The position numbers and the translations under genes were made by a program. From contig CAVYEO010000002.1 of NCBI GenBank assembly GCA_963767705.1, positions 1,404,353 to 1,468,352 of the forward strand: DNA of 64,000 bases, given 5' to 3'. The first letter of the stretch is position 1; each line of letters begins with the position of its first letter. The notes below the pieces were generated by a model. It saw only the letters and a program-made list of their open reading frames with translations. It made no database searches and had not been told where the DNA came from. The DNA comes from an uncultured Acidobacteriaceae bacterium. GTDB lineage: Bacteria > Acidobacteriota > Terriglobia > Terriglobales > Acidobacteriaceae. Positions 7,475-18,112 of the stretch are shown piece by piece.

Positions 7475-10375
7475 TCAATTTAGGAGGCCGGATACCACCT
7501 CCGGCGCACTCTTCAGTGCGGCGTCAAGCTGTGAGGCGTCCTTGCCGCCGGCTTCGGCCAGGTCCGGGCGGCCGCCGCCAGAGCCGCCAACCTTTTGTGC
7601 GAGCTGCCCGACGATCTTTCCGGCCTGGATGCGGCCGGTAAGGTCTTTAGTGACTCCGGCGATCAGCGCGACCTTGCCGTCTTCGGTGGCGCTGCCGAGC
7701 ACCACGATGCCCGAGCCGAGCTTGTTGCGGAGGTTGTCAACCAGCGTGCGCATCTGCCCGCGGTCGAGTGCTTCCACGCGCTGGGCGAGCACCTTGATAC
7801 CTTGCACGTCGACGGCCTGCGAGGCAGCGGAGGAAACGGAGGAGGAGGCGGACCGCATGCGAGCTTCGTCGAGCTCGCGGCGCAGGCGCTTCAGTTCGTC
7901 GTCTTGCGCGGTGACCTTTTGTTGGAGCGCAGCGGCGGGGGACTGATCTGTCGCTCCGGCGATCTGCTGTGCGATCTGGGCCACGGCAAAGTCGCGGCGG
8001 AACTCCTGCAGTGCGCCCGTACCTGTGACGGCTTCCACACGCCGCACACCGGAGGAGACGCTCGATTCGCCGGTGAGTTTCAGCAGGCCGATCTCGCCGG
8101 TGGCGCCGGTGTGGGTGCCGCCGCAGAGCTCGGTCGAGAAGTCGCCGATTTTGACCACGCGGACGCGCTCGCCATACTTCTCGCCGAAGAGCGCCATGGC
8201 GTGGTACTCGTTCACGGCGACGTCGATAGGAACGTCTTCGAGGGTGACGACGGGAGTATTGGCGAGGACCTGCTTGTTGACAATGTCTTCGATGTCCTGG
8301 AGTTCTTCCTCGGCGACGCCGGTAAAGTGCGAGAAGTCGAAGCGGAGCCTGCCGGGGGCGACCAGCGAGCCGGCCTGCTTCACGTGCGGCCCGAGGGTTT
8401 CTCGCAGCGCCGCGTGTAGCAGGTGGGTGCCGGTGTGGTTGCGGCGGGTGCTGTTGCGAAAATCCGTATCCACCACGGTTTCAATTTTCATGCCCAGGGC
8501 GAGCGGCTGCTTGAGGAGAGCTTTGTGCGCGCGGATGCCCTGGACGGGCTGCACGCAGCCACGCACTTCGGCAATCACGGTGTTATGGTCGTCGGACAAG
8601 AACCAGCCCTGGTCGCCGGTCTGGCCACCAGAGTCGGCGTAGAAGGAGGTGTGATCGAGCACGATTTCGACCTCATCGCCCGGCGCAGCCTGCGCAACGC
8701 CTGCGCCTCCTTTGACGATGGCCAGCACTTCGCAGTTCGTGGAGGTAAGCTGCGTGTAGCCCTCGAAGGTGGTCTTCGGCAAATCGCGGAAGGCGGGTGA
8801 GGCGGTGCCCTTCGCCCCGCCCTTCCACGAAGCACGAGCGCGCGCTTGCTCTTCAGCTCGCGCCTGCTGGAAACCTGCTATGTCGAGGTGAATGCCTGCA
8901 TCGTGACAGGCATCCTCAATGAAGTCGAGTTGTAGCCCGAAAGTCTCGTACAGATGGAATGCTGTTCTGCCGTTCACTGAAGGACGCTTTGACTCGTAGT
9001 GGGGCAGATAGTACTTAGCCAGAGGCTTATAAAGGTGCAGGATCAGATCAGGAGTCGCCTGATGCAAAAAGTCATTAGCTGTTTGTTGGAAGTTGAATTG
9101 AGAATCATTCCAAGTAGAGTAGGTTTTCACAAAGAGGCTTTGAAATAGTGGACGGTTCTGATCGAGAAAACTTCGGATAAATGGTTCTACCGTTTCTGCA
9201 AGGATTCTTTGTAGCTCTCGCGATCCAATTTCCATCACACGCGCAAATTGCTCTTCTTCCGCGAGCACCACCTTGGCAACACGATCGGCGTTCTCCTTCA
9301 GTTCCGGATACGCATTCCCCATCTCATCCCGCACCGCAAAGACCATCTCGTTCAGGAAAGGCTTCTCTTGCCCGAGCAATCTGCCATGACGAATCGCGCG
9401 GCGCATGATCTTGCGCAGTACGTAACCACGGCTTTCGTTTGCTGGCAGCACGCCGTCGTTGATGAGGAAGGTTGCGGCGCGGGCGTGGTCGGCGATGATG
9501 CGCAACGAGGCGTTCTCGACCGGATCGCCTTTCACGGTCTTTCCCGTGATCTCATTCGCACGTTGAATGAGCGGCACGAATAAATCCGTCTCGTAATTTG
9601 ACAGCTTGTCCTGCAGCACAGCGGCGAAGCGTTCGAGTCCTGCGCCGGTGTCAATGGATGGTTTGGGCAGCAGATGCAGCTCGCCCATCCCATCGCGGTC
9701 GAATTGCATAAAGACCAGGTTCCAGATCTCGACGTAGCGGGCGTCGTCTTCGCCGAAGGGAAGATCGAGCTTCTGCCCGTCGGGACCGACGGACTCCGAA
9801 GCTTCGATGCCCATGTCGTAGAAGATCTCCGAGCAGGGTCCGCAGGGGCCGGTGTCCCCCATCTGCCAGAAGTTGTCCTTCATGCCCATGCGATGGATGC
9901 GCTCGGCGGGCACGCCTTGTTCGAGCCAGTAGTCGTAGGCCTCCTGGTCGAAGGGAACGCCGCTCTCGCCTTTGAAAACCGTCACGTAGAGCTTGTCCTT
10001 GGGGATGCCGAACCACTCGGGGCTGGTGACCAGCTCCCAGGCGAAGGCGATGGCCTCGCGCTTGAAGTAGTCGCCGAAGGAGAAGTTGCCGAGCATCTCG
10101 AAAAAGGTGTGGTGGCGGCGGGTAAAGCCGACATTCTCGAGGTCGTTGTGCTTGCCCCCGGCGCGGACGCACTTTTGGGCGCTGGTGGCGCGGTTATACG
10201 GGCGCTGCTCCAGGCCGAGAAAGACGTCCTTGAACTGGTTCATGCCCGCATTGGTGAAGAGCAACGTCGGGTCATTGGCGGGGACGAGTGAGGACGAGTG
10301 CACGCGCCGATGCGCCTTCTCTTCAAAGAAGCGGAGAAAGCTTTCGCGTATGTCAGAGCCGGAGCGGTAGTGCAT
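7475..10375 (-). CDS. alaS: Alanine--tRNA ligase
   Basis: 966-aa ORF with canonical AlaRS blocks: [54 protein letters not shown], the [11 protein letters not shown] editing motif, CGGTH and a C-terminal DHHA1-like region. It is longer than typical AlaRS because of an internal insertion (see findings). Confidence 0.97.
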   Translation of the reverse strand: MHYRSGSDIRESFLRFFEEKAHRRVHSSSLVPANDPTLLFTNAGMNQFKDVFLGLEQRPYNRATSAQKCVRAGGKHNDLENVGFTRRHHTFFEMLGNFSFGDYFKREAIAFAWELVTSPEWFGIPKDKLYVTVFKGESGVPFDQEAYDYWLEQGVPAERIHRMGMKDNFWQMGDTGPCGPCSEIFYDMGIEASESVGPDGQKLDLPFGEDDARYVEIWNLVFMQFDRDGMGELHLLPKPSIDTGAGLERFAAVLQDKLSNYETDLFVPLIQRANEITGKTVKGDPVENASLRIIADHARAATFLINDGVLPANESRGYVLRKIMRRAIRHGRLLGQEKPFLNEMVFAVRDEMGNAYPELKENADRVAKVVLAEEEQFARVMEIGSRELQRILAETVEPFIRSFLDQNRPLFQSLFVKTYSTWNDSQFNFQQTANDFLHQATPDLILHLYKPLAKYYLPHYESKRPSVNGRTAFHLYETFGLQLDFIEDACHDAGIHLDIAGFQQARAEEQARARASWKGGAKGTASPAFRDLPKTTFEGYTQLTSTNCEVLAIVKGGAGVAQAAPGDEVEIVLDHTSFYADSGGQTGDQGWFLSDDHNTVIAEVRGCVQPVQGIRAHKALLKQPLALGMKIETVVDTDFRNSTRRNHTGTHLLHAALRETLGPHVKQAGSLVAPGRLRFDFSHFTGVAEEELQDIEDIVNKQVLANTPVVTLEDVPIDVAVNEYHAMALFGEKYGERVRVVKIGDFSTELCGGTHTGATGEIGLLKLTGESSVSSGVRRVEAVTGTGALQEFRRDFAVAQIAQQIAGATDQSPAAALQQKVTAQDDELKRLRRELDEARMRSASSSVSSAASQAVDVQGIKVLAQRVEALDRGQMRTLVDNLRNKLGSGIVVLGSATEDGKVALIAGVTKDLTGRIQAGKIVGQLAQKVGGSGGGRPDLAEAGGKDASQLDAALKSAPEVVSGLLN

Positions 10376-10479
10376 CCCTTGAGTCTAACAAGCGCGACTG
10401 GGACAGGGAGTCGCGACTTGGCGCTCGAAGTGTCTCAGGCCTTGAGCCTTTCGGCGCCCGATTCGTCATCCAAGCTCGT

Positions 10480-11943
10480 GTGTTTTGCTTCCGCATCACG
10501 CCAACGCGGCTTCATCTCTCGCTGCTTTTCAGTTTCGCCACGGCATTGCTGTTGTTGCCGGTCCGCGCTCCAGCCCAGGAGTTCGTCCATGTGCCAGAGA
10601 TGGGGAACGGAGCGGCGGACACGCCAGCTAAACCTGGATTTCTGCCGCGCTTTGCGGACTTTTACCGGAAGGACTGGTCGCCTGCTCCGCAGCCTGCAGG
10701 CGCGCCAGTCGGCCCCGCGCCCGAGAGCCGGAACGGGTCTTCACCGCTGGACTCGCCACCGTTCCCCAGCGCGGACTGGAGCTATGGCGGATCGCCCGAT
10801 ATTGGCGCGCCCGACTCGAACGTGTATCCGCTGATGACAGCGATCAACGATGCAAAGAGCAAAACCAAAATCTATGGGTGGATTGAGCCAGGGCTGAACT
10901 TTTCGACCTCCAGCCGGTCCAATCTGCCAGCCGGCTATGACTTCTTCCCCAACCGCATTGAGTTGGACCAAGCAGTCATCTATATGGAGCGCGTGCCGGA
11001 CACGGTACAGACCCGGCACTTCGATTGGGGATATCACCTGACCGCCTGGTATGGCACGGATTATCGCACTACTACACAGAAAGGCATCCTGAGCGATCAG
11101 CTGCTGAAGTACAACCGGCAGTACGGCTTCGACCTGCCGTTTGAGTATGTGGACCTGTATTTTCCGCACGTCGGGCAGGGCATGAACATCCGCGTGGGGC
11201 GCTTTGCTTCTGTGCCGGGAATCGAGGTGCAGGCAGCGCCGTCAAACTACATGTTTACGCACTCACTGCTCAGCATCTACTCGCCCTTCACGGTGACGGG
11301 GTTGGTGGATACGGTGAAGCTGAGCAGCAAATGGCTCCTGCAGGCGGGCATCACGGCCGGCAATGACGTGGCGCCGTGGACCGATGATGCGAAGCCCTCG
11401 GCCGTGCTGTGCGCGAACTATACGACTGAAAGTAAGAACGACAACTTCTACGGCTGCGCAAACGGCATCAACAGCGGCAAGTACGCTTATGACAACGTGC
11501 AGCATTATGACGGCACGTGGTATCACCGATGGTCGAAGACGGTGCACACTGCGACCGAGGCCTGGTATATGTATCAGCGCGATGTGCCGGCAGTGAGTGG
11601 ACCGATTGCGCCAGAGGCAGGAACTTCGGGGGCGGTGTGCCCCGCTGGCGAGATACGGTGCACGGCGCCGGCATGGGCGGCGATGAACTACCTGAACAAG
11701 GAAATTTCGAAGAGCCTTTACGTGTCGCTGCGTACAGAGTTTTTTGACGATCAGAAGGGACAGCGCACGGGCTACCGGACCCGTTACTCGGAACACACGC
11801 TGATGGTAGGAAAATGGATCGGCTCGACGGTGCTCTTCCGCCCCGGCCTGCGGTTCGATCGCGCGTATGACACCAAGGCGTACAACAACGGCAAGAACCA
11901 CAACCAGTTTACGTTTGCTTCGGATGTGATTTTTAAGTTCTGA
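10480..11943 (+). CDS. Outer-membrane beta-barrel (porin-like) protein
   Basis: The long ORF overlaps alaS at its 5' end, so the start is placed at the in-frame GTG at 10480, which precedes a signal peptide (LHLSLLFSFATALLLLPVRAPAQE). The sequence is rich in alternating aromatic/Gly beta-strand patterns and ends in the ...FASDVIFKF terminal-Phe signature of OM barrels. The start is uncertain. Confidence 0.5.
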   Translation: MFCFRITPTRLHLSLLFSFATALLLLPVRAPAQEFVHVPEMGNGAADTPAKPGFLPRFADFYRKDWSPAPQPAGAPVGPAPESRNGSSPLDSPPFPSADWSYGGSPDIGAPDSNVYPLMTAINDAKSKTKIYGWIEPGLNFSTSSRSNLPAGYDFFPNRIELDQAVIYMERVPDTVQTRHFDWGYHLTAWYGTDYRTTTQKGILSDQLLKYNRQYGFDLPFEYVDLYFPHVGQGMNIRVGRFASVPGIEVQAAPSNYMFTHSLLSIYSPFTVTGLVDTVKLSSKWLLQAGITAGNDVAPWTDDAKPSAVLCANYTTESKNDNFYGCANGINSGKYAYDNVQHYDGTWYHRWSKTVHTATEAWYMYQRDVPAVSGPIAPEAGTSGAVCPAGEIRCTAPAWAAMNYLNKEISKSLYVSLRTEFFDDQKGQRTGYRTRYSEHTLMVGKWIGSTVLFRPGLRFDRAYDTKAYNNGKNHNQFTFASDVIFKF

Positions 11944-11993
11944 AGGACGTTCACCACAGAGAGCACGGAGAGCACAAAACAAATCTGAGGAGG

Positions 11994-12455
11994 TCATTCT
12001 TCGAGGACATCGAGTTCGCTGAGTTGTTCGAGCGACTCGTCCTCAGGCGCCCAGCTGCGGAGGACTTTCAGCACAGTGCCGGGAGCAAAACCTGCTCCGA
12101 CCAAACGCCGCAGCGAGCGGGCGGTCTCCTTCTTGTCGGTGGGCTTCTTCATGCGTTTGCGGGCGATGTATTGCCGGACGAGGTCGGCCTCGTTCACGCT
12201 TTCGTAGGCAGCATCGAGAGTCTTCGTGACCAGCTCCGGGTGCAGGCCCTTCTGCATGAGTCCTTGCTGCACGCGGCGGCGGCCGAGCTTGTCGTTCTCC
12301 TGACGGAGGCGGGTGTAGTCCGCGGCATAGGCTTCGTCATTGAGGAATTTGTATTCCTTCAGGCGTGCGACCACAGCGGCCATTTTGCGCTCGCCAGGCT
12401 CGCCTTCTTCGACGCGCTGACGCATCTTGCGCTTGAGTTCCGCGACGGTCTGCAT
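11994..12455 (-). CDS. recX: Recombination regulator RecX
   Basis: The 153-aa ORF shows the repeated three-helix pattern of RecX (FLNDEAYAADYTRLR...GRRRVQQGLMQKGLHPELV...EADLVRQYIARK...RRLVGAGFAPGTVLKVL). It sits near alaS, as in many bacteria. Confidence 0.8.
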   Translation of the reverse strand: MQTVAELKRKMRQRVEEGEPGERKMAAVVARLKEYKFLNDEAYAADYTRLRQENDKLGRRRVQQGLMQKGLHPELVTKTLDAAYESVNEADLVRQYIARKRMKKPTDKKETARSLRRLVGAGFAPGTVLKVLRSWAPEDESLEQLSELDVLEE

Positions 12456-12573
12456 GCGCCGGCCGAGCGAGGCGACTGCGTACTCGAAGAGTGCAGCTTC
12501 TTCGAGCGGGGCTCGGGGCTTTTTCGGCTTTTCGATTGCGTGTGCTCGATATATCTCAGTAGCCTTGCCATTG

Positions 12574-14901
12574 TCAGTGTTGGCTGCGCAGGCCGGTCGT
12601 TCCGGTGTCCTTCGTGACGGGCGGCGCGGTGTTGCCGGTCCATCGGTCGCACCAGTCGTTCACAGTTTTGTACCAGAGCTCAGAGTTCTGCGGCTTCATC
12701 ACCCAGTGGCCTTCGTCGGGAAAGTAAAGCATCTTCGACGGAACCTTCATGCGCTGCAACGTGGTAAAGAGTTGCAGGCCCTCAGACAGGTCGAGCCGAT
12801 AGTCGAGCTGGCTGTGGATGACGAGCGTGGGCGTCTTGAACTTCGTTTCTGAAAGCATGGGCGACCAGCGGCGATAGCCGATGCGGTTTGTCCACGGAGT
12901 GCCCTTGAACTCCCACTCGTTGAACCAGAGTTCTTCGGTGGTGCCGTATGCGGACTCGGGGTTGAACATTCCGTCGTGCGAAACGATGCATTTGAAGCGG
13001 TCCGTGTGGCCAAGAATCCAGTTGGCCATGTAACCGCCGTAGCTGGCGCCGAGTGCGCATTCGCGCGACTTGTCGATAAATGGATAGCGTGCTTCAGCAG
13101 CATCGAGGCCGCGCATCAGGTCGATGTAGGGCTTGCCGCCCCAGTCGCCGTTCACGCCATCGGTAAAGGCCTGGCCGTAGCCGGTGGAGCCGCGCGGGTT
13201 GATCATGACGACGACGTAGCCATTGGCGGCGAAGAGTTCGGGATTCCAGCGGTAGCTCCAGCTATCGCCCCAGGCGCCCTCGGGGCCTCCATGAATAAGA
13301 AACTTCAGCGGATATTTTTTGCCGGGATCGAAGCCGGGCGGCCGAATCACGAAGCCCTGGACAGAGGTATTCAGCGCGCCCGGAAACCAGAAACGATCCA
13401 TGGCGGGCAGGTCGAGTTGAGCAAGCAAGGTAGCGTTCAGATGAGTGATTTGGGTTTCTGAAGCGGGTTCGGCGGCGGCTTCTATTGGTGCATTGGAAGT
13501 GGCGGCGCCTGCGGTGTGTCTACGATGCACGGGTGCAGGCGCAGCAGCCGGCGGGGGCTGGGACAGAGCCAAGTCCGGCAGATGAAGCACATAGATGTCG
13601 GCCGGGGAAGAGACCGTCATCCGCGTGACAATGAGCGATTTCCCGTCTGCTGAAGGGTGTAGATCGCCATACTCGGCGGCGATGACCTGCGGCTTCGGAG
13701 CATTTGGTCCGTTCTCCGGCTGGGTCAATAGCTCGGCTTCGCCAAGAGACAGATCGACGCGCAAGACGGGCTCAGCACCCCAGTCGCCGCTGGTGAAGTA
13801 GATGCTTCGGCTATCCGGCGCCCAGACCAACTCGTCCACCCAGCGGTCATACCGCTTGATAGGCTCGCGGATTTGCTTGGTTCCGCGGTCATACACCACC
13901 AGCCGGAACTTGTCGCTTTCGTACCCGGCGCGTGCCTGGGAACGCCAGGCGATGTATTTGCCATCAGGCGAATAGGCTGGGCTGAAGTTGCCGCCGGCGC
14001 TGGTGGAAACCTTTACAGGCTTAGCGCCGGGATGGGTCAGGTCAAGCGTGAAGATATCAACGTGGGTGGAGATGGCGGGCACGGGATCGAGGTTCTCTTC
14101 AAAGGCCAACTCTTTGCCGTCGGGCGAAAAGGCGTAGGCGTCCGGGCCGCCGAGCGCGAAGGGGGGCACGTCGTGCGTGTCGCCGGGGTTGAGGTCGCGT
14201 GCGGGCCCGCCTGCGACCGGCTGGAGAAACATGTGGCTGCGCGTATCCCCGGTGAAGGCGTTCCAATGCCGGTAGAGCAGGTGCGTGAAGATCTGAGCCT
14301 TCACCTTGCTGGTTACTTCAGCGTGCTGGCGGTCAGCGTTGCATCGTTCTTCCGCGGCATGGGCGTGCATGGGGTCGCTGGCCGCGGGACCGGCGCAGTC
14401 CGGATACACGGACGAGGTGTAGAGGATCGACTGCCCATCCGGCGACCACATCGCGCCGTCCACGCCCATGGCCGCGGAGGTCAGCTTGTGGGCATCGCCA
14501 GGATCGCCGGTCGCGACGTTGAAGTCGGCGAGATAAACCTGCGGGGAGCCTTCGCGGGCGCTGATGAAGAGCACCTGTTTGCCATCGGGCGAGAAGCGTC
14601 CGCGGGTTTCGCCGGCAAGCGATGCTGTGATGGGCTTCTCCTGCACAGGCGCTGAGCCGTCCGGTGTGCGAACGGCCCAGAGGTGTGAGGTTTTGGTGTT
14701 CTTCGGGAGGTCTACGTCGGTCACGGAGAACAGCACCCAACGGCCATCTGGGGAAACGTCGATGTCGCCCAGCCGGCGCATCTTTTGCAGGTCATCGAAG
14801 GTCATGGGCCGCTTGGGCGCCTGCGCAAACGAGGCGGGCAGCAGAGCGGCGGCACACAGCAAGAAGGGTAAGAGCGAGAAGGTTCGTCGTGGGCAGCGCA
14901 T
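12574..14901 (-). CDS. S9-family serine peptidase (beta-propeller N-domain plus prolyl-oligopeptidase-type alpha/beta hydrolase)
   Basis: N-terminal TolB/DPP-like propeller repeats (SPDGRWVLF, SPDGKQVLF, SPDGQSILY, SPDGKELAF, SPDGKYIAW). The C-terminal catalytic domain has GASYGGYM (nucleophile elbow), a later SQLDYRLD and DEGHW. The start is placed at ATG 14901, giving the signal peptide MRCPRRTFSLLPFLLCAAALLPASFAQA. The ORF could start at 14937. Confidence 0.85.
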   Translation of the reverse strand: MRCPRRTFSLLPFLLCAAALLPASFAQAPKRPMTFDDLQKMRRLGDIDVSPDGRWVLFSVTDVDLPKNTKTSHLWAVRTPDGSAPVQEKPITASLAGETRGRFSPDGKQVLFISAREGSPQVYLADFNVATGDPGDAHKLTSAAMGVDGAMWSPDGQSILYTSSVYPDCAGPAASDPMHAHAAEERCNADRQHAEVTSKVKAQIFTHLLYRHWNAFTGDTRSHMFLQPVAGGPARDLNPGDTHDVPPFALGGPDAYAFSPDGKELAFEENLDPVPAISTHVDIFTLDLTHPGAKPVKVSTSAGGNFSPAYSPDGKYIAWRSQARAGYESDKFRLVVYDRGTKQIREPIKRYDRWVDELVWAPDSRSIYFTSGDWGAEPVLRVDLSLGEAELLTQPENGPNAPKPQVIAAEYGDLHPSADGKSLIVTRMTVSSPADIYVLHLPDLALSQPPPAAAPAPVHRRHTAGAATSNAPIEAAAEPASETQITHLNATLLAQLDLPAMDRFWFPGALNTSVQGFVIRPPGFDPGKKYPLKFLIHGGPEGAWGDSWSYRWNPELFAANGYVVVMINPRGSTGYGQAFTDGVNGDWGGKPYIDLMRGLDAAEARYPFIDKSRECALGASYGGYMANWILGHTDRFKCIVSHDGMFNPESAYGTTEELWFNEWEFKGTPWTNRIGYRRWSPMLSETKFKTPTLVIHSQLDYRLDLSEGLQLFTTLQRMKVPSKMLYFPDEGHWVMKPQNSELWYKTVNDWCDRWTGNTAPPVTKDTGTTGLRSQH

Positions 14902-14980
14902 GAGATTTCGTCCGAAGGCCGGCGAGCCAGTGTACACGGAGCGCTGCGCCGCCCTTCACTGGCATAGGGATGAACCGCGA

Positions 14981-16195
14981 TCAACTCACGGCACGCGTCT
15001 TCAGGTCAACGGTGACAGTATCGGCGGCCACTTGCGTGTCCGCCGGCTGGAAGGCGATGCGCAGTGTCTCTGCGTTGACCACGATGCGCAGATAGCCATA
15101 GGACGTGTCGTTATAGCTGACCAGCGTGAGGGTGCTATCGACTTGCACTGGCGTGGGCAGGGGAGCGCCGGAAGCAGAACGCATTTTGACGAGGTTGTGT
15201 CCGCCCGTGCCGGCGACGAGGTAAGGGATTGTTACGCCGGCGACGGTGCGGATGTAGCGTTGGTAATTGTGGGAATGCGCGGCCAGAACGGCATGAGGCC
15301 AGAAGCCGGCGTTGGTAGCTGCGGTGTCCAGGTCCTGCAGCATGCGCGGGCTGCCGCCATGGTTGGAGCCGCCGGTAAAAGGCGGATGATGCACCGCGAG
15401 CAGTACGGCCCCGGTGAAGTTCTCCGTCTTGCAGCGGGTGAGCGCGGCGGTGAGATAGGCAATCTGCCGGTCATCCAGTCCGGCGCGCGCGCCGCCCTCG
15501 CTTGAGATCACGCCGGGGTCTTCCAACACGTTGCTGTAGACGCCCAGGATGCGGACAAAAGGCGCTTCCAGGGTGAAGTAAACGCCGGGCTCCGTCATGG
15601 TGGTGCGCACCAGTCCCACCGCATCGGGGCTGGGGCTGGCTGTGGCGGCGCAGAAGTTATGCAGAAACGCGTCCAGCGAGGGTATGGTGTCGTTGGGATA
15701 GGTCACGCCGTCGTGATTGCCGGGAATGGCAAAGATGGGCGCGGGGTAGTTGCGGTAGGGATCGTAGAACTGGTCGTAGTAGTACTGGGCTTCGCCGAAG
15801 TAGTAGACGACGTCGCCAAGGTGGAAAAAGAAGGACGGCACAGCCGCTGGGCTGGCCTGGTTGAAGTCGCTCACCATGGCGTCAGCCACAAGAGATTGAG
15901 ACTCCGGGCCTTTGACGCTCCCAGTATCCCCGACGCAGTGGAAGACGATCTGCCCGGCCTGCTGGATGGCCGCGGTGCGTGCCGGGCCGGCGGAGCCGAG
16001 GGCATCGGCAAGGGTCAGCACCGGCTCCGCGGCGCCTCCGCGAGGCTGGGGTACAGGCTGGACCGCCTGTAGTTCTTTTAAATTCTGGTCGGTGACGGGA
16101 TCTTTGAAGGTGGTTGGATCGGGGCTGGGCACCGGCTGAGCAAAGACCGGATCGGTGGGAGCGTTCTGGGATGCCATGCGCGAGGGAGCCTCCAC
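14981..16195 (-). CDS. Metallophosphoesterase (calcineurin-like)
   Basis: The motifs GDTG, GDVVYY, GNHD, HHPP and AHSHNYQR appear in the canonical order of calcineurin-like phosphoesterases. Confidence 0.8.
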   Translation of the reverse strand: MEAPSRMASQNAPTDPVFAQPVPSPDPTTFKDPVTDQNLKELQAVQPVPQPRGGAAEPVLTLADALGSAGPARTAAIQQAGQIVFHCVGDTGSVKGPESQSLVADAMVSDFNQASPAAVPSFFFHLGDVVYYFGEAQYYYDQFYDPYRNYPAPIFAIPGNHDGVTYPNDTIPSLDAFLHNFCAATASPSPDAVGLVRTTMTEPGVYFTLEAPFVRILGVYSNVLEDPGVISSEGGARAGLDDRQIAYLTAALTRCKTENFTGAVLLAVHHPPFTGGSNHGGSPRMLQDLDTAATNAGFWPHAVLAAHSHNYQRYIRTVAGVTIPYLVAGTGGHNLVKMRSASGAPLPTPVQVDSTLTLVSYNDTSYGYLRIVVNAETLRIAFQPADTQVAADTVTVDLKTRAVS

Positions 16196-16379
16196 GAGCT
16201 AGCTAAAAGGCTATTCTGTTCCTTGGATGTGAATGCAGCATGAGTGTGTATGTGAATCGAGCGCGGTTCATTTAGCATTTGGTGTGGCTTCGAGCGCCGC
16301 TGCTGTTCCGTGTCTTTTTCTGCGGCGGAGCGTCTACTAGAGATGGCTGGCAGAAGCCAGAGTCTCAGGAGCAATTGCC

Positions 16380-17291
16380 GTGTTTCGATCTTTCGTACTG
16401 CCCTTCGCCCTTGCCGGGGCATTCCTCTCTCTCCCTACACCGCAGGGCGGAGCGCAGGTAAGCTACAGCGCCGTGCAGCCTGCGGACGCGGGATTTGGCC
16501 CGCTGGATACATCAGCGCCGTCGCTTCCGGTCCAGGAGATCATCCAGAAGTTTGCGGCCAAGGAATCCGAGTTCCGCCGCGCGCTGGACAACTATACCTA
16601 TACCCGCAGCGTGAAGGTCCAGACCATCAACGATGACGGCAAGGTGGACGGGGAATACCAGCAGACAACGGACATCTCCTACGATCCCGGCGGAGCCAAG
16701 CTGGAGCACGTGACCTTTGCGCCAGCCAACACGCTCGAGCGCATTACCATGAGCCCGGCGGACATGTCCGATATCGAGCACCGGCTCCCGTTCGTGCTGA
16801 CGGCGGAAGATCTCCCGGCCTACAACGTCACCTATATAGGCAAGCAGAAGGTAGACGAGATCCAGACCTACGTGTTCGATGTTGCGCCGAAGACGATCCA
16901 GAAGAACCATCGCTACCTGCAGGGGCGCATCTGGGTGGACCAGAAAGATCTGCAGATTGTTCTGGTGAGTGGCAAGAATGTTCCGGACGACATGCGCCGA
17001 GGGCATGAGGATCTCTCTCCGCCCTTCACGACCTGGCGCGAGCAGGTGGATGGCAAGTACTGGTTCCCGGTTTACACCAAGGCCGATGCAGTGCTGCACT
17101 TCCCAGGCGGCAGCGGCTACATGGCGCAGGATGTCCGGATACGGCAAATTATTCGCTATACGGATTACAAGCAGTTCAGGTCTACGGTGAAGATCACGTT
17201 TGAAGGGCAGGACATCAGCAAGGCGGACGGGCAGCAGACGCCACCGGCACAACAGCCTGCCGCGCCTTCCCAGCAGGAAAAGCCGCAATAA
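16380..17291 (+). CDS. Hypothetical exported protein
   Basis: 303-aa ORF with a GTG start and a signal peptide (FRSFVLPFALAGAFLSLPTPQGGAQ), beta-rich, with a Q/P-rich tail. No family recognised with confidence. Confidence 0.5.
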   Translation: MFRSFVLPFALAGAFLSLPTPQGGAQVSYSAVQPADAGFGPLDTSAPSLPVQEIIQKFAAKESEFRRALDNYTYTRSVKVQTINDDGKVDGEYQQTTDISYDPGGAKLEHVTFAPANTLERITMSPADMSDIEHRLPFVLTAEDLPAYNVTYIGKQKVDEIQTYVFDVAPKTIQKNHRYLQGRIWVDQKDLQIVLVSGKNVPDDMRRGHEDLSPPFTTWREQVDGKYWFPVYTKADAVLHFPGGSGYMAQDVRIRQIIRYTDYKQFRSTVKITFEGQDISKADGQQTPPAQQPAAPSQQEKPQ

Positions 17292-17371
17292 GAGGACCTG
17301 CCGAGTTAAGAAGCCGATTGCTCATTGGATGCGTACGTATTAAGCTAGATTAGCTAGATAATGAGGTGCGC

Positions 17372-17611
17372 ATGGAATGGCAACTGGCGGATGCGAAAAA
17401 CCGGTTCAGCGAGGTAGTCTCGCTTGCACTTACGAAAGAACCACAGCGGGTGCGGCGACGGCACCAGGCCGTGATTGTGCTGGCAGAGACGGAATACCAG
17501 CGTCTTACTTCGGCCGTGCCCAGCTTCAAGCGATACCTCGCGGAAGGGACTTCGTTTGAGGAACTGGACTTGGCGCGCGAGCCGGGCCCGATGAGGGATG
17601 TTCCGTTGTGA
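17372..17611 (+). CDS. Type II antitoxin, Phd/YefM family
   Basis: MEWQLADAKNRFSEVVSLALTKEPQRV...VIVLAETEYQRL is the typical Phd/YefM N-terminus. GAGG lies 5 nt upstream of the ATG. The stop overlaps the start of the downstream PIN gene. Confidence 0.75.
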   Translation: MEWQLADAKNRFSEVVSLALTKEPQRVRRRHQAVIVLAETEYQRLTSAVPSFKRYLAEGTSFEELDLAREPGPMRDVPL

Positions 17612-18030
17612 GACTACTATTGGACACCTGCACGATCTCTGATCTGCGTAACCCGCGCAACAGTGCTGTGGTGCAGGGCGCGCTGGCTTCGTTTGAAGAT
17701 GAAGCAATTTTTGTAAGCGTTCTGACCGTAGGAGAGATCACGAAGGGCATTGCCGGTTTAGCGAAAAGCCGTAAAAAGCAGGAGCTATCAGTTTGGCTCC
17801 AGGGGCTAGAGCAGCACTTCAGCAGCCGCATCCTTCCGATCGATCGCGAAACCGCCGTGCTCTGGGGCGAACTGACAGCGCGCGCCAAAGAGCAAGGGGT
17901 GACGGTGCCGGTGAGCGATGGGCTGATTGCGGCGACAGCGCTGCGGCACAATCTCCATGTGATGACCCGGAATGCGCGCGATTTCGAAGCAACGGGTGCG
18001 TTCGTGATTGACCCTTGGCGGACGGAGTGA
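17608..18030 (+). CDS. vapC: Type II toxin VapC (PIN-domain ribonuclease)
   Basis: LLDTCTISDL...VSVLTVGEI...PIDRETAVLWGEL...SDGLIAATALRHNLHVMTRNARDF carries the PIN acidic residues (D, E, D, N/D) in the usual spacing. There is a 4-nt GTGA overlap with the antitoxin gene. Confidence 0.85.
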   Translation: MRLLLDTCTISDLRNPRNSAVVQGALASFEDEAIFVSVLTVGEITKGIAGLAKSRKKQELSVWLQGLEQHFSSRILPIDRETAVLWGELTARAKEQGVTVPVSDGLIAATALRHNLHVMTRNARDFEATGAFVIDPWRTE

Positions 18031-18112
18031 CCGAGCCATTCACCGCCTTCGCAGTATGTCTGCAAAGTTAGCCTGAGACCCGAGCCAGCTTAAGTGACGC
18101 AGCCTGGATGAA

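Noticed and set aside
8975-9195. The alaS insertion considered as an intein or a mobile intron.
   Set aside because: It is only about 70 codons and has no Cys/Ser/Thr at the N-terminal junction. It has no His-Asn plus Cys/Ser/Thr at the C-terminal junction and no homing-endonuclease blocks. The frame is continuous, so an intron is not needed.
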